Source: Sphaeroforma arctica JP610
Lineage: Eukaryota
DNA: 59,803 nt
NCBI RefSeq assembly: GCF_001186125.1
Contig: NW_014040515.1
Coordinates: 120,406-180,208 of the forward strand
Reading direction: 5' to 3'
The notes under the pieces were generated by a model, which saw only the letters and a list, made by a program, of their open reading frames with translations, was not told where the DNA came from and made no database searches. Numbering within the stretch: the stretch's first letter is position 1; every line of letters starts with the position of its first letter. Of this stretch, positions 1 through 13,387 are shown one piece after another. A program made the position numbers and the translations under genes.

Positions 1-2130
1 AATATATATATATGTGTGTGAGTGAGTGTTTATGCAATGTGTAATCGCGTATATAGGTAAATGCAATAATATGTATTTATATATATACACATATATATAT
101 ATAAATGCATATGCACTCTATATATATATAATATATATTATTTTGCATTAACGTATACACGCAAATAGAGCATACTCTTATACAAAAATATACACTTGTA
201 CATATGCATAGACTATATATATATATATATATAAATATATAGTGTATATTGTTGCTTTGGAAGTTCTATTAAAGTGTATTTTAGTTCTAAATGTATGTAC
301 GAACCAATCGGTTTACTAATTCACCATAGTTTTAGAGAGAATAGCTACGTGAAAATTTAATATTCGCAATTGTGACGTTTGCAACAAGTGCACACATTGA
401 AATACAATTGTAGAGGTGTCGTTACAACAGTAAGTTTTAATTTGGAGAAGGGAGATCCGGCAGGTTATTATAAGTCATATATTGTCTAATTCCAGCTTAT
501 GCCTATGTGTTACTTTTCTACTTTTTACGTTACAAGCAGCTGTGTATACGAGAGAAACCACTAACATCTCTACGTAGTAAGAGATACATACACGTGCAAG
601 TAATTGGGTAATTACATGAAGGACTAATACAAAATAAATAAGCAATCAATAAATAAGCAATCAATATATAAACAATCAATAAATATGTCGTATGTAGTGC
701 CTTTGTTGGAGTGCTAAGGCACCAAGGGTCTTTATATATTGGACAAGAGTTTTATAAGCTCACTTGCCACTGCCTAGGCGGCATTCGCATATTTAGCACT
801 ACTACAACAGGTGAACCTCTCCTGTTCGTATGAGGCCTTCTCTCTCGCTGCTGCTCTAGAGTACTGTGTAGAGTCGACTGTCGGAAGTCAGACACAACGC
901 AGAGACGATATATTTATCGTACATAGGTTAGGATACATACCATTTTTTTTGCCCTCTACTGATAATATTTACACAATAAAACTACAGTATGTAAATACAT
1001 ACATACAAATATTTTTTTATCTCGTCTCAATCTGCTTTTATTGTTTTGTTTTGAAATAATAAAAAACAAAATACACACTGTGTACAGTGTACACACATTT
1101 AAAAAATATGTATGTATTTTACACATATGTACTAATATGTCAATGGATGCCTTATTTGGTCAATAATCGTGACAAAATTTTGTCAATAAAGTCTGGGCCT
1201 GGGGCGCCCAACGCCCAGGGCATTTGGCCCTGGGGAGGAGCCACTGCCCTCTGACGGGAGTTTCCTTTGCTCCAAGCTCGACCTCACGCTTTCAAGCCCA
1301 TTTTTTATTTTGGGCCTCTGGGATTGTCCTCACAGAAATGATTTGTCCTGTGGCAGTGCCGGGTCTGAGTCTGAGTCTGAGAATTTAATTTAGAATTTGC
1401 CTCAGCCCGAGGCTAAAACAGGCTGGCCGCTGGCAGCTGAAGCCTAGTCGCACGATAGTCGATTTTCTATCGCTATCCCGAAAATGGTTTATTGGACTAG
1501 ATACGATGACATTTCCGGATTTTGAATTTATCGCGAATAAAAATGAATTTATATCTTCTGGTCATTCGAGATTGTACATTTTCATTTGATTTTTTTAGAC
1601 TAAGTTTTTAAAAAATAGCACTAGAGTAAAAAGGCACTATGTTTGGACGGAGGTCCCGTCAGGCTCGTCAACAGTCCGGACTCAGTCCAATGACCATAGC
1701 TGATACATAGCTGCCATCAGATCAGTGCCACTCACAGAGGCACAGACTCAGACTCAAAGTCACAGACTTATTTGGTTTCTTTTTTTATATAAAAATCACA
1801 TAGCATTCTAAAATAAAACAAAAATTAAGTAATTGTCACGGGGACCCCTTTAGACCACCGCCCTCAGGAATCGTAGGCTCCGGCCTCTGAGCCTCAGCAC
1901 TGAGCAGTCAGCCCTCATCAGAATTTCAGAGAACAGTGGCACAAAAATTTACAATCCACAATAGTCAATACTCAATACAGACAGGAGACAAAAAAAATAA
2001 AAATAAACATGCATTCGATACAAAAAAAAATGTGTCGGACTTTCGGTATATAATCAGAACTGCGTAGTGTGCAACGAGTATTGTATACTCAGTTGTTCAG
2101 ATAGGAACGGTATTCACAAAGCATAGCACG

Positions 2131-2792
2131 ATGTCGAAAAAAGATTCTGAAGTCGGTGATATGATGTCGTCTACGGACCTCATCACGTTATCGAGACATC
2201 TGATCTATCAGCAAAAGAAACACACTCAGGTATGGTCTAAACCGAGCCAGCCCTTATGTTCCAAGTGCCCACTTTATGTGATTCAGATTTATGAAACCGA
2301 TGCGTGAGCTCAAAGAAAGTTTTAACTGAAGTTCTATAGCGTAGGTTTTAGAGCGTGCGTGATTTCACATATTTTATACTTTGATTATGTGTTGCTATTT
2401 TCGGATTGTTCGCTCAGTATTCAAGCACTCCTATGGCCCAGCTACACTTCTTTTGTACCACCTGCCAGCTAAAAGTGGCGTATCAGTGCTTGTCGCGCTT
2501 ATCAAGCCCTTAGAGTTCTTGTTTTCTTTTTGAGGTATTTGAGTCCTTGTTTTCTTTCCGAGGTCTTTGAGTTATTATTCGTCTTAAAAAACCTTGTTTT
2601 CTAGGGTAGTTTGTTTTATTCCGCATGTACTTTTTATAGAGTATGTTTCAAATTCTATTTGCAGCGACTTACTTTTGCCAGCCTGTACGCCGTATCAAAC
2701 TAGTTTTTCACCGCTAGCGAGAGTACTTTATGCAGTTTCTTGGATTGAAGCCTGCGAATGAACTGAATTTCCTATATATATAGACATACATC

Positions 2793-2830
<38 letters not shown>

Positions 2831-4949
2831 TCTACATCTATATCTACTTATATATATATTTATAAATGTTAAATATATATATGCATACATATATACATAT
2901 TATATATATGTATATATACATATTGTATATATCTATATATATACATATTATATATTACGTATGTATATATATGTATATATATATATATATGTATATATCA
3001 TTGTGTATGTATGCATATGTATATGTATATGTATATTATCCATGTGAAAAATACTGCTGATATCACCAAAAACCTCTTTCCACACCTATTCACACAGGCT
3101 ACCGGAGATTTCACACTTTTGCTGACCTCTATCTGTCTAGGATGTAAGTTCGTATCGTCTGCTGTACGCAAGGCTGGTCTGGCAAACATGACCGGCCTAG
3201 CCGGTGCTCAAAATGTGCAAGGAGAAGACCAGAAGAAGCTTGACGTTATCGCGGTATGCATATAGTGTATTCGGGTTATGTCACTTGCGTAGAAAAAGCT
3301 GCTGCCTGTGCGGGTCTATTCTTTTTTTTGTGGCACAGGAGTGGTGAATATGCGATTATTCGCCGTAAATAACGCAATATGTCCGAGTGGTTTTTTGTGA
3401 ACGTGATTGTGAGACCCTATACGCTAATGATTCAATTGCCTCCTGCAAGTGTGTTATCAAAGCGTGTATGTGCGAATTATCCTTCCTGATGTTACGTAGA
3501 CTATCCAATTCATATTTGGGTTGAAATCTGCGCTTTAATTAATTAAAATACAAAGACAGGTTGGTTAGGTCTGAGAATACATCGCGAGCGTCAAACGCGA
3601 CACTGTTTCTTTTCTCTAAATTCAATTTGGCACGACACATGCATTCGCATTTTTGTATCAATAGGATGCCGTTTTTGTGAACTCTCTGCGCTCTTGCGGT
3701 CGCGTTGCCTCCATGGTAACCGAAGAACAAGAGGAAGCCATCATCGTCAGGGGTGAGTGGTGTTTCTGTACAATTTATCACAGTCATACAATTTCTCGAG
3801 TGATCAGTTTGTGTAGATTTTACGTACAATGTCTTTTGTCTTCTGCATTGTCGTTTGCACTGTGGCAGTAGATAGTCCGCGTGTATTTACTCACAATTGT
3901 ACTCATAAATTAGTGTATGCATTGACCAACCTTCGTATTTGGGCGCAATGTCTCATCGGGCTGTGTATCTGAATCTAATGCTGTTTCACGTGTTGTAACG
4001 CACAGAGGCCAAGTCGGGAGCATACACTGTCGTCTTTGATCCCCTGGATGGGTCGTCCAACATTGACTGCGGCGTAAGTATCGGCACTATCTTTGGTATC
4101 TACAAATCAGATCACCCCACATTCTCTGAGGCCGATGCGCTAAAGCCTGGAAGAGGTATGGCGTTGCGTCTCTGTTGATTGTATTTGGTGTGCAAATGTC
4201 CCTTGTGAGCGTTAAATGTATCATTGGCAACCAGTCTCTCTGATTCGAGTATGTCGGTTTGAATATGCTAAGAGAGCAGCCGCAATTAGCTATAACGTTC
4301 GTTAAGTGATTTTCTAGAAGTAGGATCCGCAACTCACAGACACCACTAGACTACAGGCTACATCTCATACTAATCAACAATGATGATTTGTTCCCGTTGT
4401 AAAATAGAAATGGTTGCTGCTGGATACGCCATGTACGGATCGTCAACCAGTCTAGTGCTCAGTTGGGGCCAAGGCGTGAACTCGTATGCCCTCGACCCTG
4501 CCCTGGGCGAGTTCATCCTAACCCACGAGAACCTACAGCTACCCCCGAAAGCCTCGATCTACTCCATCAACGAAGGTAACTACCAATCATGGAACGAGGC
4601 CACCAAGGAATTCGTGGAGGGATGTAAGAACCCTAAGGACGGGAGCAAGCCTTACTCCGCCCGTTACATTGGGTCTATGGTAGCGGATATCCACCGCACT
4701 CTACTGTACGGTGGTATCTTCATGTACCCCGCGGACAAGAAGAGTCCCGACGGTAAGCTTCGTTTGCTATACGAGTGCTTCCCTATGGCCTTCCTTGTAG
4801 AACAGGCTGGCGGCAAGGCGACCACCGGATCCAAGAGAATTTTGGATATCCAGCCCCCAAACATCCACGGCCGGGCCCCTATCTACTTAGGTTGCAAAGA
4901 AGACGTGGAAGCAATTGAGGCTTTGTATAAGAAGCACAATATCGAATAA
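2131..4949 (+). CDS. FBP1: Fructose-1,6-bisphosphatase class 1 (~344 aa, 5 exons)
   Basis: Exons 2131-2229, 3098-3253, 3665-3752, 4006-4155, 4408-4949, all GT-AG, total 1035 nt in frame. Motifs [71 protein letters not shown]. Confidence 0.97.
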
Positions 4950-6095
4950 TTCCAATTTTTTAAATTAGATATTTGTTTCGGTGTTAAATTTTCAACTCAG
5001 TTTGAAGATTAAAATATGATGCAAAACTTTGCTGGTTGTCACGTCTGTAGAAATCTGGCCACACATAAGAGTTTGATGTGTCGAGATAGTTATGTATCTA
5101 TGTCTATGGATTTATTATTATATCATTATATGACTAGTCAAAAATATAAACACAGTGGACATGTGAGGTCTTACATATTCGTGGACATTCCCTAATATCC
5201 GTCCTCAGACTATTGACAGAGCTTGTAGCACCACTTTCAAGCAGCATAACTTCAAGAACGGCATTTTTTGCAAGCTGCTGCAATGGCTATTCTCTTTTAT
5301 ATAAATAGTAAATTTTGGACAGGAGATTTCCGCGTGCATCTATGTCATGCAGTACGATCGGTATAAACAAGGCCGTAGTAGCGTCAATATTTCGACTATA
5401 ATTCCAAAGAGGGCTTTCGTATGGTGAATATATCACAACTGAGGCGTTACAAGCCTTGTGCTAGTGTAGATATAGAGTGCTGCGCGTAAGCCGGGTAGAC
5501 TGTTTAAATATTATTAGTTGATATTTTACATGTGCGGGTGTTCTTCTATTCAACCTGCAGCCTATAATATTGATAATATTCATAGTCTCATTGAAGTATT
5601 ACTTTTTTAAATTTATATTGCCGTCTTGGAGGCTATGTCATGATTTAACAATAGAATATCGAATGTATCAAAGCTGCTGCAGTATCTATTTATATGCGAG
5701 AGGCTAAATATGTACATGTGCTAAGATGGATAAATGGTGGGGACAGGGAATCCTTTAAATGTACCTTTTCTTTCCACACATAATTCATAGCCCTCTCGAA
5801 TACAAGATAATTGATCATTGATGAGCTGATATCAGAAATAAAAATGACTTTCGGGATCTGGGCCCTGCTGGGGTGATTCCGATTGCCGCTTGACATTTCA
5901 CATTCGACTGAATTCTACCTATGTTTTATTGCGGGGGTTTATTTTCATGAAAATAAAATAAGAACAAAATGTAGTCTGAGAAATAATAAAATAGACAAGT
6001 CAGCTGAGTACAGCTCAAATAGTTGGTGATATACAAGGCTCACAACTGAAAACATTTACAATTATAAGGAGCTGGGGTGATAGTTCGAACTTGAC

Positions 6096-7209
6096 ATGCC
6101 GACACAAAGAAAATTGTCGCGTAACTCGTCCGCGACAGTAAACCAGGAGGAAGCCATCACATCTCAGAGTGTGCCGTTTAGTCAAGGTAGAGTCTTTGAC
6201 AATCAACAACCAACATGCTGTTTGAGATATTTCTATGTACAGTACAATATCAGTATGCTTGCCTGCGTCTCTATAGCGAGTACGTCAACGTGTCGATTGC
6301 AATGGAAAACATGTGAAAACTCCGCAAGCTCTGTGGCCTAATCGGATCTTTCTCGCGTTTGAGTAGGGCTTTATGCTTTTGTGTGTCTGTGTTCGTTTAT
6401 ACACAGGTGTACAAATACACACACACGCTCAAACACACGAATTGATATATATATATATATATATATAGTATATATCTATAATANNNNNNNNNNNNNNNNN
6501 NNNNNNNNNNNNNNNNNNNNNNNNNNNNNNNNNNNNNNNNNNNNNNNNNNNNNNNNNNNNNNNNNNNNNNNNNNNNNNNNNNNNNNNNNNNNNNNNNNNN
6601 NNNNNNNNNNNNNNNNNNNNNNNNNNNNNNNNNNNNNNNNNNNNNNNNNNNNNNNNNNNNNNNNNNNNNNNNNNNNNNNNNNNNNNNNNNNNNNNNNNNN
6701 NNNNNNNNNNNNNNNNNNNNNNNNNNNNNNNNNNNNNNNNNNNNNNNNNNNNNNNNNNNNNNNNNNNNNNNNNNNNNNNNNNNNNNNNNNNNNNNNNNNN
6801 NNNNNNNNNNNNNNNNNNNNNNNNNNNNNNNNNNNNNNNNNNNNNNNNNNNNNNNNNNNNNNNNNNNNNNNNNNNNNNNNNNNNNNNNNNNNNNNNNNNN
6901 NNNNNNNNNNNNNNNNNNNNNNNNNNNNNNNNNNNNNNNNNNNNNNNNNNNNNNNNNNNNNNNNNNNNNNNNNNNNNNNNNNNNNNNNNNNNNNNNNNNN
7001 NNNNNNNNNNNNNNNNNNNNNNNNNNNNNNNNNNNNNNNNNNNNNNNNNNNNNNNNNNNNNNNNNNNNNNNNNNNNNNNNNNNNNNNNNNNNNNNNNNNN
7101 NNNNNNNNNNNNNNNNNNNNNNNNNNNNNNNNNNNNNNNNNNNNNNNNNNNNNNNNNNNNNNNNNNNNNNNNNNNNNNNNNNNNNNNNNNNNNNNNNNNN
7201 NNNNNNNNN

Positions 7210-7257
<48 letters not shown>

Positions 7258-7719
7258 CCTTGATGTATTATGACGATCACAATGGCTTGTCCTTTTTGCT
7301 GGCAATCGCATACCAGAAAATGATAATAAAAATATAATAATTTACTCAGGACAAGCCAATGTCGATCTTCGTAAAGCAATCTGCCATACAGAGGCTCGTG
7401 AATATACCCGTTTAATAAACATTGTCGATCTGATCAGCACTTCGATAAACAGCACTTCTCAGAATGCGCAGGTAGGTTTTATGTGATTTTCTAGTATCCA
7501 GTGGATGTTATATTGGATTATGGTGTAAATAGTGTCAGTATTTGTTTGCTACACATTCATAAAATCTATGTACATATACGATACGCGCATGTATTATGAC
7601 TTCTTTGCGGTGCTATATATTGTCCACATTCATCCCGTACATATGCGTAGTTTTTGTACTGCTCAATATAGGCTTGCTCTCGCACTTGTTCATGTGAGAC
7701 AGAAGTTGCAGCCAGCTGA
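6096..7719 (+). CDS. Possible small spliced hypothetical protein (~86 aa, may be incomplete across the gap)
   Basis: Segments 6096-6186, 7350-7471 and 7672-7719 join in frame with GT-AG sites (MPTQRKLSRN...GQANVDLRKAICHTEAREY...ACSRTCSCETEVAAS*). No recognisable domain, and the gap at 6484-7209 lies within intron 1. Confidence 0.3.
6484..7209. other. Assembly gap (others near 20809-20832, 31041-31060, 38182-38294, 49809-49828, 55414-56047)
   Basis: Runs of N, mostly flanked by (TA)n microsatellites. Confidence 0.99.
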
Positions 7720-10049
7720 ATGTCCAAAATCAGTGCGACCATTCGCTCAGCTTAGTAGGTATCTAGGCTCGTAGCGAATTTGATATGTTCCGAAACGGTT
7801 TGATTTTATTATCAAATTTGCTTTGTGTACATTTCTACGTTCTTGATAGTTTTCTTTAGCGTTATACTATTGCCAGTTTCATTTCCAATTTGGCCGCCCA
7901 TTATATCCATATTCCTTGATTTAAAATACAGTTTAGTGATTGCCCAATGGTTGTCGAATGCGGAACATTTTTCCACCTCCAACTCACTTGCTTGAACTTG
8001 ATACTCATTGCCAGAAAACCTCGTCAGATCTCGACGCCCTTGTACAGACAATGGATGCGATCAAGGATCAGCTAAGCTTTTGTTTAGACCACGATTTTCT
8101 GCCGCACATCAAGCAATGATCATCAGTGTCCTTCGCGTAGACCCATATTACCTCCTCGCGAGTGCACACGGAGTGGGTGCACCGACGGAATACAAGCGTA
8201 TTGTCCGATTAACACTTTTTATACAAATATTCTTGAGCCGGGCCGCATCAAGAAAACAAAAACCACGAGACGACAATTTATCTAGTATACTGCAAAATGC
8301 CAGAGATGGAAGAGTCATGAGAGCGAAGGAGAGGTCCAGGGCGCTAGGCGGTGCCATAGAAGTTTTATCAATTGGGTTGTTTGATGCAGTGGGGTGCACT
8401 GTGCGCCCTTTTGTTTTCTATTTATGTATTGATTGAAAAGAGTAAGAAACCCCGAAGAAGAAAAACCAAAGTAATAAAGCTCTATGCTTTGTATAGAGAC
8501 CATTGACCAATCGTAGCACAGGAAGAGCTCAACATAAATCTTTTCTTAAAATAAACACAAAATATTTGGTAAAATTATACTCTTGAGCAGATTGAGAATT
8601 TGAGATCCAGCAGCTCTGCACTCTGCAGAGTGCATGCGCCATAGTCCATATGTTGCTATGTAACTATGTACTGCAGGGAGTGTACTCGGTGCAGGCTGCA
8701 CTGCTGCAGGCCTGCACCTGAGTCGCTGTCTCTCACATACTACTTTAAACCCCCCCCCCAACCCCAAAAAAAAATTTATTTGCAGTAAAGAAAACAAATA
8801 GTGACATTTCAACATTTGTCATCTGACAACAATAATGATAAATACAAAATATATAATAATCAGCCCCTCAATGTATGATTTAGAAGGCTATGTCTCGACT
8901 CCCAAGTCTGCACTCTGCAAGTCAGTGAAGTCTCTCTTAGACTCTCAGTCGCAGACTCTCACGTATCCGGTCTCTAAGAGTCTAGCTCCCTCTAGAGCTA
9001 GACTTGCTAGATGGGGAGTCTCTCTAGTAGTAGATATGTAGAGGGAGAGAGAAAGGTCGAAGTTAAACTGAGTGAAAGACTGAGAGAGAGTCCATTTTTA
9101 AATAAATAGTTGAGAGAGAATACACTATTTTGAATTAGAGAGATAAAGAGATATTGTCCACTCCTCTCGCTCGGCACCTGTTCTTCCCCAAGGGGTGAAC
9201 TCGACGATATATGTTGGCCTAAGGGCGACAACGTTCATCCTATGATTCATAAAACATTCGGAAGGAACTAAGTATAGAGACAGAGCTATATGCCATGAAC
9301 GCGGAAGTCATGTCGTCGAAAGCTGATGTACACAATTACAGGTGACTGCGGGGGTTAATATGAATATGAATTCCAATTGGCAAAATGCTGAAACGATGCA
9401 TTAGTTGCCTTCCCCATATTACGTCATTCCTGATACCCAAACCGTGTTGATACTTGGTACAGCCTGAAAACTCAAATTATGATGACATGAAAAAGGGGGG
9501 AATGGACACTGGTAAATACACTGTGGGAAGCGAAGCTACATTATGTCACAATGCCCTGCACTAGAAACTGAAAAGCAATTGATTGCGGGCTTTGATTTTG
9601 CATTCGAATACCCGCTTCAATAAAAGTGCTCATTCAAACATTGAATCAATTTACCACGTGAAGCGATATCAGCGAATATAGAAGGGAACACGACGCAATT
9701 TTCTGACGGATTCTGCTATACAATTCGCAGGTAAAGTTTGACTCTGGCAAGAACTCCTTGGAGGCCGTCGATGAATAAGATGATCGAAGTTTGAATTGTT
9801 CGCGTTTGTGTATAAATTGATATTTAACTAAGAACATTTGGAAGTGGATTCGAATGATTTAAATATAAGTACAAAATAACTTTTAGCATCACACAAACAA
9901 ACTTGTGTACCGGAAAAACGGTAGAAACAAGAGAGACCGAGCGAGCGCAGGCCAACTGTATGATCTCATAAAAGCATAAAAGCACCACTCTCTAAAACAG
10001 AAATCCAACTTGAATACGATACCGCTAAATGCGATCAATGAAATACACT

Positions 10050-10683
10050 AGTGTCAGCAGCAGATGATATCGTAGCCGCCAAGAATTATCTTGGTTGGAA
10101 TAAACCCTGATGGTACATAGACGCGCATCCAGAATCTAAAGCCAGCGGAGAGATCGACACGAGCGATTCCTTAAATTAAGTATACTCGTGGTATCCGGGA
10201 TCGCAAGAATCAATTCAACTTGCGAAGTCAAGCCGGAATTTTCAGTTTCGCATATTTATCCGGCCGTAAGCAACAGAAACAAGTTTTAGCGCAACTTAAT
10301 GACGGGATCATTAATACCTGCAATCTGTTCGTCCAATATCACGTTGGATCAGTGTGGCGTGTAGATCAGATATGGATAATCTTATCAACTGACCCTGCAG
10401 GCGAATGAATACAGAAACTACAAATCAACTTGCAGCTATGTTTGAAAAGTCGATAGAAACCATTCCGAATCCCGATACAGCTCACCATCACCTCTGTTAT
10501 GGAGGTAGAACGGTTGGTTGGCACACCTGGCAAAAATGCTGAGCAAACTATCCGACCATGCTGCAGCTCTTCGGGAAGGATGAAGATGTTCATGTGGTTG
10601 GTAAAGCCTACTCCATAGATCCGGGGTGGTCCGAGAGAGTGATTCAGACGGTAGACCCGGGTAGAGTCAGATGCAGAATCTAA
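10050..10683 (+). pseudogene. Degenerate flavin amine oxidase / L-amino-acid oxidase-like gene (C-terminal half recognisable; decayed sequence may extend to ~9250)
   Basis: One frame reads AAKNYLGWNKP*WY...SLN*VYSW...NQLAAMFEKSIETIPNPDTA...GWHTWQKC*...MLQLFGKDEDVHVVGKAYSIDPGWSERVIQT. This follows the amine-oxidase motif order KxxLxxxxPWW / RQVY / IPxP / GWHxW / VxxVGEAYSxxQGWxEGAxxT. In-frame stops at 10108, 10177 and 10540, plus probable frameshifts. Confidence 0.65.
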
Positions 10684-11194
10684 ATCTTAAGTGTCAAGGA
10701 ACTGTCAAAGCAGCAGTTCTGCTACATATTCATTTCCTTTCTGGATTATAACTGAGTTTTAAAAAAATAGCATTTTTTCGGGGACGTCTAGAGATGTTCT
10801 TTCGTGCCTAACCTCTACCACTATGCTAGGCTGAACTCCTACAGGGAAAGAGTAAAGAAACGAGAGGTTTACTTGAGCCAATGTTCAATACAAATATACG
10901 ATGTAGTGAGATGTACTTTTATACACTCTCAAGTCTCAAGTCTCAAGTCTCAACACTCTCTAGTAGAGAGTCGTCACTCATCAACTGTCATCAACTGTCA
11001 TCACTCATCAGTCGACAAAAGTTAAAGAAGACCATCATATATTTAGATAGGCTTTGTTAGGTTTTCAATTCAAAACCCTAAAAATCACAATATTACGCAC
11101 GTGCACTTTACGACCATAAGGATTGACTGCACTCTCAATAAGCACACAATCGTGATAACTGAACCTTAGAGAGAGGTAGACGAAACGGTTCGCG

Positions 11195-13351
11195 ATGGAA
11201 CATAGTCATAGGTCGGGTGCCCTAAAACAGGCCAATAAAGGCCATAAATTTGGCAAACATTCTAGTAAACGTTCGCGCGCGGAGGAGAGCAAGGGTAGAC
11301 TCGCCTTGAATAGTAAACACGACAAGAATGGCAAGCATGAAGCCAGCAAGCTAGACAGACGCAACCGCGCAAAGCAGATACGTGCCCAGAAGCGTGTGGC
11401 AGTCCTCAGTGCGAAACGATTGATTGGAGGTATGTCAGGTGCTTCGCAGTTGATTGCACTTATTCCAGTATGCGATGGCGCTCAGAGTTCGCATGTGAAG
11501 GACCGGCTGCTCGGTGTGGCCAAGGAGGAGGATGTAGACAGCGCAGATGCGGTTGTCAGCGCTTTCGGAGCGATGTCGACGTGTTCTTCTCGTACGTTGA
11601 AAAATAGATTTACATTCATCGACGTAGATAGAACAAACACTTTGAGTGTTATGGAAGCAGTTAAAATGGCGGATACTGTTGTGTTCGTGGCCGCATGCGA
11701 CAGCGCTCCGGACGAGGCGGGTGAGATCGCGATTACATGTGCCAAGGCTATTGGTCTTCCACCGATGGTTAGTGTTGTACTCGGTCTAGAGCGCATGCCT
11801 GTAAAACGCAGAGGAGAGGTAAAAAAAGCCGTGCATAAGTATCTGCAGTTTCACTTCCCCGCCGACGAGCGCATACTGCCATGTGATACCACCACTGACG
11901 CACTGGCGTTACTGCGTGCGCTGGCTACTAAGAAACGCGACACCGTTGATTGGCGCAGTAAGCGTGCGTATGTTGTACCAGACAAGGTTGGGTTTGTGCA
12001 CAATGAAGAAATGAATGGTGGCGCAGACAATGGGACATTAAAATTGACGGGCTATATCAGAGGCTCTAAGTTGGACGCAAATAGATTAGTACATATTCCT
12101 GGTGGTGGCGATTTCCAAATACAGAAAGTGGTTCGCGCGGCAAATCCTCACACAGAATTCGACCTTAAAAAGGACAATAGGACAGATGTAGAAATGGGTG
12201 ACGACGACGAAGATATGCTGGCTGTACCGGATGCTTTGAAGAAGGACACATTAGTCAGTGAACTTGAACCAGATATGATGGATCAGGAGCAGACGTTCCC
12301 TACAGAGGAGGAGGAATTGGAGGCCGAGCGCACGTTTGAGATGCCGAAAGTTGTGAAGCGTGTGCCTAAGGTATGCTTGTCAGCATGTTTGTATACTTTT
12401 GCTCCAAACCACACACTATGTTGTATATGCATGAATTTACAACTATATCCTATGGGCACTCATGTTTAGAAGAATATATAGAGCCATTTCCCTATTATTC
12501 GTAGACCCGTATTCACACACATCAGATAAACACGGGGAGATAAACATATGCGTAATTATAGTCTTAATATGAATGCATATCTATAGTATACGCTCCTACA
12601 TTATATTGATAATATGCTCGTCATTATTATTATGATATATACAGTATTATGCAGAGATATAGTTTACAATGAGTATTTAGTATTGACTTAATCGTGGTTG
12701 TGAAAAATTGAGTTCGCACGTAAATTCTAAGGTATTATGCATATATATATATATATGTGTGTGTGTATATATATATCCATACTTATGTATATATTGTGTA
12801 TATATATATATACATTTATCTATGTCCGTGTATGGATATATATATATACGTATCGGTATACGTGTACATACAAAATACATATGCATGTTTACATACATAC
12901 GTATACATACACAGATATATATATATTCGCATATTCTTACGTGTATGTAAATGTATACGATTATATAAGTGTGCATTTGAGTACATGCATATATATTTAT
13001 ATATAGATTGTATATAAATTTCAAACACAAATACATATATATATAGGGTTTCAGAATTTATCTATATACATATATATATGCATATATATAGACTTACGGG
13101 TGTGTTCATATAAATTAATATTATGATTCTTATATTTATTAGTATAATAATCGATATTTTAAAGCATGCACGTATATGCGTATGCGTATACATTCTACAT
13201 GCACATCGAACGTATTTACAGGTTGTTTCGATATATGTCTGTATTTGTTTATATGCCTGTATATATATATATATATATATGCATGCCTATATATATATAT
13301 ATATATGTAGGCAAATTTTATATGCATGTATATAAATAGATATGATATAAG

Positions 13352-13387
<36 letters not shown>

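Noticed and set aside
7812..8436. Overlapping 79-142-aa ORFs on both strands
   Set aside because: No recognisable domain or convincing splice structure.
10108..10542. In-frame TGA/TAA in the oxidase-like sequence as recoding, selenocysteine or an alternative genetic code
   Set aside because: Stop types are mixed, frameshifts are probable and conserved residues are substituted. Intact neighbouring genes use TAA, TAG and TGA as normal stops.
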